From assembly GCA_028284765.1 (NCBI GenBank), contig JANQRA010000003.1, forward strand, positions 144,500 to 208,499: a stretch of DNA of 64,000 nt. The letters run 5' to 3'. This DNA is from Acidimicrobiia bacterium (GTDB lineage: Bacteria > Actinomycetota > Acidimicrobiia > Spongiisociales > ZC4RG35). Positions 21,199 to 31,066 of this stretch are shown piece by piece. Position 1 is the first letter of the stretch. The number at the start of each line of letters is the position of its first letter. The notes under the pieces are model-generated. The model was not told where the DNA came from and did not search any database. It saw only the letters and a program-made list of their open reading frames with translations. The translations under genes and the position numbers were made by a program.

Positions 21199-21347
21199 GA
21201 CCTGGTCTTTGCCGCTTTTTCTTGGCCGAAGAGCGGTTACTAGCCAGGGCACCGTCGCCCGCAACCACCTAAACGCTCCGGTTGCACCTGACTGTGGCCT
21301 GGCGTCGCACGCGTCCGTGTGCGATCACTGAAACAGGAGTAAACACG

Positions 21348-21461
21348 ATGAAGGTAAGACCTTCCACAAAGAAAATGTGTGAGAAGTGTCGGATCATCCG
21401 GCGTCGTGGCCGCGTCTGGGTGATCTGCGAGAACCCACGTCACAAGCAGCGACAAGGTTGA
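21348..21461 (+). CDS. rpmJ: 50S ribosomal protein L36 (zinc-ribbon C+ form)
   Basis: Not in the ORF track (37 aa). Translated by hand: [37 protein letters not shown], after AGGAG. Confidence 0.97.
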   Translation: MKVRPSTKKMCEKCRIIRRRGRVWVICENPRHKQRQG

Positions 21462-21466
21462 ACTGA

Positions 21467-21844
21467 ATGGCACGAATTGCAGGAGTGGATATCCCAAGGG
21501 ACAAGCGTCTCGAGATCTCACTCACATACATATACGGAATCGGGTTGACGACGTCGCAGGCCATCTGTGATGCGACCGACATCGACCCCTCAACGAGAGT
21601 CCGGTCACTGACCGACGATGAGGTGGCCCGCATCCGGCGCTACATCGAGTCGGAGTACAAGGTCGAAGGTGACCTGCGCCGTGAGGTTCAGCAGAACATC
21701 AAGCGCAAGATCGAGATCGGCAGCTACCAGGGCATCCGCCACCGCCGTGGCCTCCCGGTGCGTGGCCAACGCACCCACACCAACGCCCGTGGCCGCAAGG
21801 GTCGTCGTGTCGCCATCGCCGGCAAGAAGAAGGTGACCAAGTGA
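21467..21844 (+). CDS. rpsM: 30S ribosomal protein S13
   Basis: [30 protein letters not shown]. Confidence 0.98.
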   Translation: MARIAGVDIPRDKRLEISLTYIYGIGLTTSQAICDATDIDPSTRVRSLTDDEVARIRRYIESEYKVEGDLRREVQQNIKRKIEIGSYQGIRHRRGLPVRGQRTHTNARGRKGRRVAIAGKKKVTK

Positions 21845-22236
21845 CGTCGAATCAGGGCGCCAAGAGGGTCCGTCGTCGCGAGCGTAAGAACATCTCGCAC
21901 GGCCAGGCTCACATCAAGGCCAGCTTCAACAACACGATTATCAACATCACCGACCTCAACGGGAACAGCGTCGCCTGGACCTCCGGAGGCTCGGTTGGAT
22001 TCAAGGGATCCAGGAAGTCCACCCCCTACGCCGCACAAGTCGCAGCCGAAGAGGCAGCCCGTCGTGCCGGCGAGCACGGGATCCGCAAGCTCGACGTCAT
22101 CGTCGCCGGCACAGGTTCCGGTCGTGACACCGCAGTGCGCACCCTCCAGAACATGGGCATGGAAGTGACCTGGGTCAAAGACGTGACGCCGATGCCGCAC
22201 AACGGTGTGCGTCCCAAGAAGCGGAGACGTGGCTGA
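21841..22236 (+). CDS. rpsK: 30S ribosomal protein S11
   Basis: [29 protein letters not shown]. Confidence 0.98.
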   Translation: MTSNQGAKRVRRRERKNISHGQAHIKASFNNTIINITDLNGNSVAWTSGGSVGFKGSRKSTPYAAQVAAEEAARRAGEHGIRKLDVIVAGTGSGRDTAVRTLQNMGMEVTWVKDVTPMPHNGVRPKKRRRG

Positions 22237-22841
22237 TGGCTCGGAACACAGGGCCCAAGTGCAAGGCGTGCCGTCGGGCACGCACCCAACTCTGCCAGTC
22301 GAAGACTTGCGCCGTCGACCGTCGTCCGTACCCCCCGGGTGAGCACGGTCGTGGACGGATTCGTGAGTCCGACTACCAAATCCAGCTCCGTGAGAAGCAG
22401 AAGCTTCGCACCATGTACGGCGTGCTCGAGAAGCAGTTCCGCCGTTACTACAAGGAGTCGGCACGTCGTCCGGGAATCACCGGCGACAACCTTCTCCAGA
22501 TGCTCGAGCAGCGTCTCGACAATGTGGTGTGGCGCTCAGGCATGGCGGCCACAAGGCCCCAGGCCCGTCAGCTGGTCAACCACGGTCACTTCACCGTGAA
22601 CGGCAAGAAGGTCGATATTCCGTCCTATCAGGTTCGTCCTGGTGACACCGTCAAGGTGAAGGACAAGTCCAAAGACATCATCGTCATCCAGCATTCGGTC
22701 GACACCCAAGATCGGGTTGTCCCCGCCTGGATGTCGGTCAACACCGACGACCGCCAGATATCCGTAAACGATCATCCCCGCCGGGATCAGATCGACACCG
22801 ACATCAACGAGCAGTTGATCGTCGAGCTCTACTCGAAGTGA
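22236..22841 (+). CDS. rpsD: 30S ribosomal protein S4
   Basis: YPPGEHG, QLREKQK, LEQRLDNVV, ARQLVNHGH, IVELYSK. Confidence 0.98.
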   Translation: MARNTGPKCKACRRARTQLCQSKTCAVDRRPYPPGEHGRGRIRESDYQIQLREKQKLRTMYGVLEKQFRRYYKESARRPGITGDNLLQMLEQRLDNVVWRSGMAATRPQARQLVNHGHFTVNGKKVDIPSYQVRPGDTVKVKDKSKDIIVIQHSVDTQDRVVPAWMSVNTDDRQISVNDHPRRDQIDTDINEQLIVELYSK

Positions 22842-22851
22842 GGTAATCGAG

Positions 22852-23802
22852 TTGCTGATTGTTCAACGTCCCCAAATCGAAATCGAGGAAGCCCACAACA
22901 ACAGGGCAAGGTTCGTCGTAGAACCGCTGGAGCCCGGGTTCGGCTACACCCTCGGCAACACGATGCGTCGCACGCTGTTGAGCCGGATCCCCGGCGCAGC
23001 CATCACGTCCATCCAGATCGAAGGTGTCGAGCACGAGTTCTCGACCATCTCCGGTGTGGTTGAAGACGTCGTCGACATGATTCTCAACATCAAGAGGATC
23101 GTTGTCACCCTGGAAGGCGTCGACGAGCAGGTGCTCTATCTGTCGGCCAAGGGTGCCGGCGATGTGAAGGCCAAAGACCTCAAGCTCCCGGCTGGTGTCG
23201 AGGTCGTCAACCCCGATGCTCACATCGCAAGGCTCAGTGCCTCGGGCCGTCTCGAGATGGAGCTCACCGTGGCTCCCGGAGTCGGATACCGCACGGCAGA
23301 CGGAAACAAGGGTGGCTCCAGCGCCATCGGTGTGATTCCTGTCGACTCGATCTTCTCGCCAGTGCGCAAGGTCGCCTACCGCGTCGAGAACACACAGGTC
23401 GGTCAGATGACCAACTACGACAAGCTGGTCATCGATGTCGAGACCAACGGTGCGATTGAGCCGAAGGACGCCGTGTCGTCCGCCGGCAAGACACTTGGTG
23501 AGCTGATGGACATCTTCGCCGAGGTCGGACAGGGTGAAGGTCTGGAACTGGTCGACGTGGTCCCCGAGGCCACCGGCTCCCCGGACCTCGAACTGCCAAT
23601 CGAGGCACTCGATCTTTCCGAGCGTCCCCGCAACTGCCTGCGTCGTGCTCAGGTCAAGACTGTTGGTGAGCTCGTGGAGCGCACCTCCGATGACCTGCTC
23701 AACATCACGAACTTCGGTCAGAAGAGTCTCGACGAGGTCATCGCCAAGCTCGACGAGCTGGGCCTGAGCCTCGCTGACTCGCCGGCAGGAAGCACCGTCT
23801 GA
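22852..23802 (+). CDS. rpoA: RNA polymerase alpha subunit
   Basis: [49 protein letters not shown] start after GAGG. Confidence 0.98.
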   Translation: MLIVQRPQIEIEEAHNNRARFVVEPLEPGFGYTLGNTMRRTLLSRIPGAAITSIQIEGVEHEFSTISGVVEDVVDMILNIKRIVVTLEGVDEQVLYLSAKGAGDVKAKDLKLPAGVEVVNPDAHIARLSASGRLEMELTVAPGVGYRTADGNKGGSSAIGVIPVDSIFSPVRKVAYRVENTQVGQMTNYDKLVIDVETNGAIEPKDAVSSAGKTLGELMDIFAEVGQGEGLELVDVVPEATGSPDLELPIEALDLSERPRNCLRRAQVKTVGELVERTSDDLLNITNFGQKSLDEVIAKLDELGLSLADSPAGSTV

Positions 23803-24152
23803 TGCCACGCCCTCGTAAGGGCCCGCGGTTTGGCGGCTCTCCGGCGCATGACAGGCTGATCATGGCCAACCTGGCCACGGATCTGTTCATGCACGAGAAG
23901 CTGACCACGACCGAGGCCAAAGCCAAGGCTCTGCGTCCCTATGCGGAGAAGCTGATCACCAAGGCCCGCCAAGGTGATTTACACGCACGTCGCACCGTGA
24001 TGAAGACCATCACTAACAAGGAAGCCGTGCACAAGCTCTTTGAGGATGTCGCCCCTCGTTACGAGGACCGGCCGGGTGGCTACACCCGTATCACCAAGCT
24101 CGGTCCCCGGCGTGGGGACGGTACCGAAGAGGCGATCATCGAGCTCGTCTAG
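23802..24152 (+). CDS. rplQ: 50S ribosomal protein L17
   Basis: [24 protein letters not shown]. Confidence 0.98.
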   Translation: MPRPRKGPRFGGSPAHDRLIMANLATDLFMHEKLTTTEAKAKALRPYAEKLITKARQGDLHARRTVMKTITNKEAVHKLFEDVAPRYEDRPGGYTRITKLGPRRGDGTEEAIIELV

Positions 24153-24176
24153 GTCCACAGATTCATATCCACGAAC

Positions 24177-24203
24177 GCCGCCCTCCGGGGCGGCTTTTTG
24201 TTT
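24177..24203 (+). terminator. Intrinsic terminator of the alpha operon
   Basis: GCCGCCC-TCCG-GGGCGGC followed by TTTTTGTTT. Confidence 0.9.
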
Positions 24204-24250
24204 GGGCGACGGGAGTAGGGTCCTCACTGTCCGTGACTATCAGGAGACCC

Positions 24251-27200
24251 ATGTTTCGTCGTTCCGTGTCCGTCCTGTCCGTAATGGCGATGGTCTTCGC
24301 TCTGGTGGTGGCACCGTTCCCAGTCGAAGTTGATGCCGCGGCCTGTACGCCGACCGGAACCGCGGTGACAACTGAACCTGAACTTCAGGCCGAGATGGTG
24401 CTGGCTAATGCTGCGGGTGCGGACTACACGATCTGTGTCGACCCCGGTACATATCTGATCACAGCGACCCTGGACTACACCGGCACCGACACCCTGACCA
24501 TCATCGGAACCGGACCAACAGCAGACCTCCACATCCTCGACGGACAAGACACCAGACAGATACTTACCACCACAACAGGATCGCTCACTCTCAACACCCT
24601 CCAATTCCAGAATGGGGTCTCCACTGAACATGGAGGTGCGGTCAGCGCGAGCGACGCGTCAGGCACCGGGTTGAACTTCAACGTGATCGACTTGTCCTTC
24701 GTCGATAACGATGCGCCGGAATTCGGTGGTGGCGCCTTTCTCGATTCAGACTTTGCGAGTGGTGGTGTTGTTTCCGTGATTGACTCCACATTCACTGGGA
24801 ACACGGGCGGCAACGGCGGGGGTCTCTACGTTGACGGTGGCGCCGGTCAGGACATCGTGTCTGGTAATACGTTCACGGGAAACGCTGCTGACGACACGGC
24901 CGGACCTTCGTTTGGTAACGGTGGGGGTCTCCACGTCGACCGGTCACGAGCACTGCTGATTAGCGACAACTCGTTCACGATGAATACTGCAGTTGAGGGC
25001 GGCGGTGCGTTCGTGCGGCGCTCCAGCGAGGCATCTATTGCAGACAACTCGTTCACGCAGAATTCGGCCACAGGAGACGACGGCGGGGGAGGCCTGTTTG
25101 TCGACAACACCGAACCCGCGACCATCGACTCGACCTTCACCAACAACACTTCCACAGTTGAAGGCGGAGGTCTTTCGATCGACCGGAGCGGTGACGACGG
25201 CGCCGTGCAGATTCTCGGAGCGTTCAATGGGAACAGCGGCTCCTCAGGGGGAGCGATATTCATCGATCGAAGCGAAAGCACCACGATCACTGCCAGCTTC
25301 GACGGCAACACCGCAACCGGGCCACTCGGCGACACGGTCGGTGGCGGAGCGCTGCATATCAATGCCAATGCTGACAATGAGTTTCTGATCGATGGCAGCA
25401 CGTTCACCGGCAACTCGTCTACGAATTCGCACGGGGGAGCGATTCTCGTGACTGCTTCGTCGGAGCCCGTGTCCATAGTCGACTCGACGTTCACCTCGAA
25501 CAACGCAGCCGAAAACGGCGGTGCGATTGGGGCCACGACGTTGACGGCGACACTTTCTGTCACCGGCTCTGATTTTGATTCCAATGGAGCTGGGCAATAC
25601 GGCGGTGCGATTGACACCTGCTGCGTGGCTGACCTCGGAGATGTGACGATCAGCGACTCCACTTTCGATCAGAACACAGCCGGGCAGTCAGGAGGCGCTG
25701 TTCGCCAATGCTGTGGTGAGCCTGGCACCACAGCATCCTTGACGGTTAGCGACTCGACATTCACCAACAACGAGGCAGGATTGACGTCGGGCGGGGCCAG
25801 GGGTGGCGCGATCTACCAATGCTGCGAGGTCGGGGACACAACTATTGCTGATTCCACGTTCATCGGGAACAAGGCCCTCGACGCTTCTCTTAACGACTTC
25901 AACGCCGGAGGCGCTGTAGCCACGTCCAGCGAAGCTGGTGACGTGACCATCACGGGTTCGATGTTCCACGAAAACGAAGCGACGTTCGATGGAGGTGCGG
26001 TGCGGATCTGCTGCGGCGAATCCATCGAGCTCACCGTCGCGGATAGCACCTTCACATCGAATGAGAGCGGGGCCTTGGGTGGTGCCATCAGCCTCGACTC
26101 TGTTGCCGCGGGCAACGGCGAGATGTCCGTCACCAACTCGTACTTCGAGGACAACTCCGCCGAGGAAGGTGGAGGCGCCATCGGGGTTAGCTCGTTGCCA
26201 GACTCCGTGCTGAGCCTTGCCGATTCGACATTCGTCGGCAACTCGTCACCAGGGTTCGGGTCCGCAGTAAGCATCAACAGCAGTGCGGGGGCGACAGTTG
26301 ATGCAGTTCGTGTCGTCTTCGACGGCAATACGGCCACCGAGGACGACGGCGGCGCATTGTTCCTGAGAAGCATTGGGTCGGCTGTAGTCGAATACTCCCT
26401 GTTCAGTGAGAACACGGCCGTGGGTGATGCCGGCGGAATGAAAGTCAACGACGTGGACGACATCACGATCCGCGGCACGACCTTTGTCGGCAACTCGGCC
26501 GGTGACGCTGGCGGTGCCTTCGCACAGATCCGGTCTAACGCGCTCATCGAGAACTCGACGTTCGTCGGAAACTCTGCTGGCGAGGACGGCAACCTATATC
26601 AGGCAAACAACGACGCCGGATACGACGGGGAGGTCGCGCTGATCCATGTCACAGCGGGCGCCGACCAGGACATCTTCTTGGAGTCAAGTGGTGGCGGCTC
26701 GTCGACCCTCAACGTGACCTCCTCCGTTCTCGCTGGTTGCAGCGGTGGGACGACGGTTTCGGGTGGTCACAACTTTGATACGGACGGCGCTTGTGGTTTG
26801 GGCGGTCCGGGTGATATTGCGGGTGCGGATCCGTTGTTGGGTCCGTTGGCTGATAACGAAGGGAAGACTGCTGGTGCTCCTGGCATGGAGCGGGTGATTC
26901 AGACGATGTTGCCTGGGTTGTTGTCTCCGTTGGTAAATGCTGGTGCTTCGTTGCCTACTGATCAGCGTGGGGTGGCTCGTCCGTACGGGTCGGCTCCTGA
27001 TATCGGGGCGGTGGAGTTCGTGTTCGACCCGCCTGCTAACTACGACCCGTTCACTGATGATGACGGCAGCATTTTCGAGAATGACATTGAGTGGATTGCT
27101 TGGCATGGGATCACCCGTGGGTGTAATCCGCCGGCGAACACTCTGTTCTGTCCGGGTAATGATGTGAGCCGTGAGGCGTTTGCGGCGTTGATGAGCCGGG

Positions 27201-27598
27201 CGTTGGGGTTGACTGAGATCGACCCTGGCATCGACTTCACCGATGTTGCTGATTCGAACATCTTCGAGAATGACATTCTCAGGTTGGCGACTGCTGGGAT
27301 CACGAAGGGTTGTAACCCTCCGACGAACGACGAGTTTTGTCCTAAGGACGTGTTGTCGAGGGAGGCTTTGGCTGCGTTCTTTGTCCGAGGCTTCGGCTAT
27401 ACGGACATCGACGCGGGGATTGATTTCGTGGATGTTCCTAATAGCAACATTTTCCAGGCTGACATTCTGAAGTTGGCGACGGCGAAGGTGACTCGGGGTT
27501 GTAACCCTCCGACGAACGACTTGTTCTGTCCTAAGGATGATGTGAAACGGGACACGTTTGCTGCGTTCATGAAACGGGCCTTACGACCCGACGGCTAA
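24251..27598 (+). CDS. Secreted parallel beta-helix repeat surface protein with choice-of-anchor-Q-like and SLH-like C-terminal domains
   Basis: Signal peptide after AGGAG; many FxxN...GG[AG][ILV] repeats (Pmp-like); DPLLGPLADN...DQRG...PDIGAVE; three terminal T[RK]GCNPP...FCP repeats. Confidence 0.85.
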   Translation: MFRRSVSVLSVMAMVFALVVAPFPVEVDAAACTPTGTAVTTEPELQAEMVLANAAGADYTICVDPGTYLITATLDYTGTDTLTIIGTGPTADLHILDGQDTRQILTTTTGSLTLNTLQFQNGVSTEHGGAVSASDASGTGLNFNVIDLSFVDNDAPEFGGGAFLDSDFASGGVVSVIDSTFTGNTGGNGGGLYVDGGAGQDIVSGNTFTGNAADDTAGPSFGNGGGLHVDRSRALLISDNSFTMNTAVEGGGAFVRRSSEASIADNSFTQNSATGDDGGGGLFVDNTEPATIDSTFTNNTSTVEGGGLSIDRSGDDGAVQILGAFNGNSGSSGGAIFIDRSESTTITASFDGNTATGPLGDTVGGGALHINANADNEFLIDGSTFTGNSSTNSHGGAILVTASSEPVSIVDSTFTSNNAAENGGAIGATTLTATLSVTGSDFDSNGAGQYGGAIDTCCVADLGDVTISDSTFDQNTAGQSGGAVRQCCGEPGTTASLTVSDSTFTNNEAGLTSGGARGGAIYQCCEVGDTTIADSTFIGNKALDASLNDFNAGGAVATSSEAGDVTITGSMFHENEATFDGGAVRICCGESIELTVADSTFTSNESGALGGAISLDSVAAGNGEMSVTNSYFEDNSAEEGGGAIGVSSLPDSVLSLADSTFVGNSSPGFGSAVSINSSAGATVDAVRVVFDGNTATEDDGGALFLRSIGSAVVEYSLFSENTAVGDAGGMKVNDVDDITIRGTTFVGNSAGDAGGAFAQIRSNALIENSTFVGNSAGEDGNLYQANNDAGYDGEVALIHVTAGADQDIFLESSGGGSSTLNVTSSVLAGCSGGTTVSGGHNFDTDGACGLGGPGDIAGADPLLGPLADNEGKTAGAPGMERVIQTMLPGLLSPLVNAGASLPTDQRGVARPYGSAPDIGAVEFVFDPPANYDPFTDDDGSIFENDIEWIAWHGITRGCNPPANTLFCPGNDVSREAFAALMSRALGLTEIDPGIDFTDVADSNIFENDILRLATAGITKGCNPPTNDEFCPKDVLSREALAAFFVRGFGYTDIDAGIDFVDVPNSNIFQADILKLATAKVTRGCNPPTNDLFCPKDDVKRDTFAAFMKRALRPDG
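27050..27590 (+). repeat. Three tandem 189-bp SLH-like coding repeats
   Basis: GCNPP codons start at 27119, 27308 and 27497 (period 189 nt); copies 2 and 3 share GGTTGTAACCCTCCGACGAACGAC exactly. Confidence 0.85.
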
Positions 27599-28371
27599 CC
27601 GGCAATAACGCCGAGCAGCACTCCGAGCATGAGGATCGCGACTCCGAAGAGGAGTACGTGAGTCGGAGTCGTGCGACCCGGTAGCCAGCGAGAGGCGAGC
27701 ATCGGATCGGAGTAGATAACCGCGCCGAACACGATCACGAGGGCTCCGGCGATCAGCATGAACGCTGACACGTAGCCCGGAAGAAGCAGGGCCAGAATGA
27801 CCGCACCAAACGCGACACCGAACATCAAGCGGGTGAATACCCACTCCGGCAGATAGGGCCCGAGCCGGTCGCTGGCCCGATCGATAGTCGAGTCAACCCA
27901 GGCAAGAACCTTGCCGCCAAACGACTGTGGAGCAGCGTCCGAGGTCGTCTTCGCTGCTGGTTTCTTCGTACGCCCCTTCTTGGGCGCGGGTTCTTCGCGT
28001 GGCTCGAGACGCACGGGAGCTTCGACGACGGGTGCCGGCTCCGGTCTTGGCTCATCTACCGGTGCGGGCGCGACAGCCTTCGCCTCGGCCTTGTCTTTCA
28101 CACCCTTCTTTTTGCGCTTGAACCGTGACCGCTTGGCAGTCAGCTCTTCGTTGAAGCGCTCCAGCTCTTGAAGCTCGAGAAGGATTTGATCACCCTCGGC
28201 GGCAATGCGATAGCCCTTTGGGGTCGGCTCCATCCGAATATCGGACAAGGGCCATTCGCCGATCGGCACGTCACCCGCGGCAATAGAAAGCACACCGTCT
28301 TCCAATTCGACGGTCGCATCGAGGCCTTTGACGTCGCCAATGGCTTTGAGAGAGGCTGCAAATGTCCCCAT
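27595..28371 (-). CDS. Hypothetical membrane protein (N-terminal beta domain, Pro/Lys-rich linker, 3 C-terminal TMs)
   Basis: Long ORF with protein-like composition; start ATG 28371 or 28380. Confidence 0.7.
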   Translation of the reverse strand: MGTFAASLKAIGDVKGLDATVELEDGVLSIAAGDVPIGEWPLSDIRMEPTPKGYRIAAEGDQILLELQELERFNEELTAKRSRFKRKKKGVKDKAEAKAVAPAPVDEPRPEPAPVVEAPVRLEPREEPAPKKGRTKKPAAKTTSDAAPQSFGGKVLAWVDSTIDRASDRLGPYLPEWVFTRLMFGVAFGAVILALLLPGYVSAFMLIAGALVIVFGAVIYSDPMLASRWLPGRTTPTHVLLFGVAILMLGVLLGVIAG

Positions 28372-28410
28372 TGAGGACATTATCGGCTGGTTGTGTTCGA
28401 CCTTTTGGGT

Positions 28411-28710
28411 TTAGTTGGCGACGTCCAAGACGAATACGCCACCAATGAAGAGGACGAAGAGGACCAGCCCGATACCCAGCAGGACCGTTCCGATGATCCC
28501 GAGGATTCGACCGGCGTTTGCGGTCCCGCGGTTTGAAGGATCGCGCCGTCCCGCATCGATGGCGGCCAGCTCTTTGTTGCCGATATTCCAGGCGAATGGG
28601 GCGAGAACGCCACAAATCACAATGCCGAGAATTCCAAGAACCAGCGCCGTTGTGGCCTGGCTCGACTCCGGATATGCGCCGCCTTCAGTTGGGAATTGGG
28701 GTGTCGACAT
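28411..28710 (-). CDS. DUF4190-like small membrane protein
   Basis: ATTALVLGILG...APFAW..G..EL..ID...G.A.AGRILGIIG; true start is within the longer track ORF. Confidence 0.8.
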   Translation of the reverse strand: MSTPQFPTEGGAYPESSQATTALVLGILGIVICGVLAPFAWNIGNKELAAIDAGRRDPSNRGTANAGRILGIIGTVLLGIGLVLFVLFIGGVFVLDVAN

Positions 28711-28767
28711 GTGACTGAGTATCGCACATCCGACACAGGCTTGTCTCGGATGTAGCCTGACCGGGCG

Positions 28768-29682
28768 GTGACCAAGCCTCAATACCTCGACTTCAACAGG
28801 GAAGACTGGGCAAGCCTTCGTGGGCGAACCCCACTCAGCCTGACTGAGGCGGAAGTCGAGAAGCTCCGGGGTATGAATGTGAATCTCGACCTGGACATGG
28901 TCGAAGACACCTTCCTTCCATTGTCCAGGCTTCTCAACCTGTACGTACAGGGAGCGCAACTGCTCTCGTCTGTGACTGACACCTTCCTGGGGACACCGCC
29001 CGTGCCACGGCCCTTCCTCTTGGGGGTTGCCGGTTCGGTGGCAGTCGGTAAGTCGACCATCGCCCGTGTGCTTGAGTCGCTTCTGGCCCGATGGCCCCAT
29101 CACCCATCGGTCGAGCTGGTGACAACTGACGGGTTCCTCTATCCCAACGAAGAGTTGGAGCGGAGAGGTCTGATGGACCGCAAGGGTTTCCCGGAGAGCT
29201 ACAACCGCGCGGCACTCCTTGACTTCGTCACACGTGCTGACGCCGGCGAGGATCACCTCGAGATCCCGGTCTACTCACACATTCAGTACGACATCGTGGA
29301 AGGGGAGACCCGGGTTGTTGCCCGACCTGACATCCTCATTGTCGAGGGCCTCAACGTGCTCCAGGCCGGAGACAGCGGAGCCTTTGTCTCAGACCACTTC
29401 GACTTCTCGATATACGTCGACGCTGATATCGAGGACATTCGCCGCTGGTACATCGAACGGTTCATGACCCTGAAGGACACTGCATTCACTCAGGAGAACG
29501 CTTACTTCCGGCGCTACGCGGAGCTTGATGAACCGGCAGCGATCAAGATCGCCGAAGGCATCTGGGAGGAAATCAACGAAGTGAACCTCGTAGAGAACAT
29601 CCGACCCACACGCGACCGAGCTTCGTTGATACTCGAGAAGGCGTCGGATCACACCGTCAGAAAGGTGCGTCTCCGTCGCTAG
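28768..29682 (+). CDS. coaA: Type I pantothenate kinase
   Basis: [49 protein letters not shown]. Confidence 0.96.
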   Translation: MTKPQYLDFNREDWASLRGRTPLSLTEAEVEKLRGMNVNLDLDMVEDTFLPLSRLLNLYVQGAQLLSSVTDTFLGTPPVPRPFLLGVAGSVAVGKSTIARVLESLLARWPHHPSVELVTTDGFLYPNEELERRGLMDRKGFPESYNRAALLDFVTRADAGEDHLEIPVYSHIQYDIVEGETRVVARPDILIVEGLNVLQAGDSGAFVSDHFDFSIYVDADIEDIRRWYIERFMTLKDTAFTQENAYFRRYAELDEPAAIKIAEGIWEEINEVNLVENIRPTRDRASLILEKASDHTVRKVRLRR

Positions 29683-31022
29683 CCGGGAAAGGAGACCTCG
29701 AATAGGTCCCATTCGTCCGGTACACCTTTGAGCTCGAACCGACCACAGGCCTCGAACTCCAAAGCCGAGCCGGCAACCAGGTCTTTCACCGTTCGACTCA
29801 CCATGATTCCGCCGGACTCTGCAACGTCCATGACACGGCTGGCGATGTGGACAGCCAGGCCAGCAACGTCACCGTCCCTGAGCTCGACTTCGCCCGTGTG
29901 CAACCCGGCCCGGATCGGAACCCCCATGTTCTGGAGCCCTTCGAGTAGTTCGATCGCACAGAGGATCGCCCGTTGTGGGCCGTCGAAGATGGCGAGGATC
30001 CCATCGCCGGTGCTCTTGATGAGTCGTCCACGATGCTGTTCGACGATCGAAGTGACAGTGTCCTTGTGGGCTGCCAGGAGGTCGAGCCATCGATCCTCAC
30101 CCACGTCGGCGGCCATGGCCGTGGAGCCGACGATGTCTGTGAACAGGACGGTGGCCAGCATCCGGTCTGAGTCGATCTGTTGGCGGTCGCCCGTCAGGAA
30201 CTCCTGGATCTCGTCGAGGATCGGCCCGAAGTCACCGGCGTAGAAGGGGAGTGTGTCGGCACCCGTCATCTCTACGTAGGTGGCATCGAGTCTCTCGGCG
30301 ATGAACTGCCCATAGGCAGCACGGTGGAACCGTGCATCTTTCCGGTTTAGGACCAAGGTTCTCGCCTGGACTGACGGCAAGACACCGCGAACGTCGGTGT
30401 TGGCAATCCAGGTGAGGGCTTCGCCACCAGTCCCTGGTGGCATGGAGAGGCGATTCTGCCGTAGCCAGGACTCGCCAAACCGACGGTCTTCGGCCATGGA
30501 TGGCGCCACCAATCGCAGGGGCGCAGTGGAGTGCCCGTAGTTGTCCTTCCACTGCTTGGCGAGGGATTCCAAGACTTCGTCAGGCGCGCCAATCGGATAG
30601 TCGTCGTCCCTGCGAATACGAGTAAAGCTATTGATCAGGATCAGGTCGGTGAACCGGTCCGGGTGGAGGGCGGCCAAGACGAGTGCCAGAGTCCCTCCTT
30701 CGACATCCCCGATCAAGACTGCTTCTTCAAACTCGACCTTGTCGAGGACGGCCATGACGTCGTCGAGGTGTTCCTCGACCGGGAGCGCTCGCCCGGTTCC
30801 ATGGTGATCGGACACACCGGTGCCCCGTTTGTCGATGAAGACGACCCGACCGAAGGTCCCAAGTCGTTCCAGGTAGCGCCGAGCGGCAGGTTCTTCCCAG
30901 ATGACTTCCACATTGGTCAGCCAGTTGGTGATGAAAACGATGCTGCGAGACCCGTTTCCGAACACCTGATATCCCACGAACCCTCCGGGTGTCTCGCAGT
31001 ACTGGGTCTTTGGGGCTGCCAT
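29679..31022 (-). CDS. Alpha/beta-hydrolase-fold plus class III adenylate/guanylate cyclase fusion (LipJ/Rv1900c-like)
   Basis: DKRGTGVSD in the N-domain; [40 protein letters not shown] in the C-domain. Confidence 0.9.
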   Translation of the reverse strand: MAAPKTQYCETPGGFVGYQVFGNGSRSIVFITNWLTNVEVIWEEPAARRYLERLGTFGRVVFIDKRGTGVSDHHGTGRALPVEEHLDDVMAVLDKVEFEEAVLIGDVEGGTLALVLAALHPDRFTDLILINSFTRIRRDDDYPIGAPDEVLESLAKQWKDNYGHSTAPLRLVAPSMAEDRRFGESWLRQNRLSMPPGTGGEALTWIANTDVRGVLPSVQARTLVLNRKDARFHRAAYGQFIAERLDATYVEMTGADTLPFYAGDFGPILDEIQEFLTGDRQQIDSDRMLATVLFTDIVGSTAMAADVGEDRWLDLLAAHKDTVTSIVEQHRGRLIKSTGDGILAIFDGPQRAILCAIELLEGLQNMGVPIRAGLHTGEVELRDGDVAGLAVHIASRVMDVAESGGIMVSRTVKDLVAGSALEFEACGRFELKGVPDEWDLFEVSFPG

Positions 31023-31066
31023 CACCAGGCACCTTATTGGCTGCCCGGTCGGTACCCTGCGCCACC

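Noticed and set aside
15648..21347. Accessory block as a prophage or integrative element
   Set aside because: No integrase, transposase, att-like repeats or phage genes were seen, and composition is similar to the flanks.
27050..27590. Repeated 24-nt sequence as a CRISPR array or DGR template/variable repeat
   Set aside because: It is an in-frame 189-nt domain repeat; there are no unique spacers, cas genes or reverse transcriptase, and the differences are not adenine-specific.
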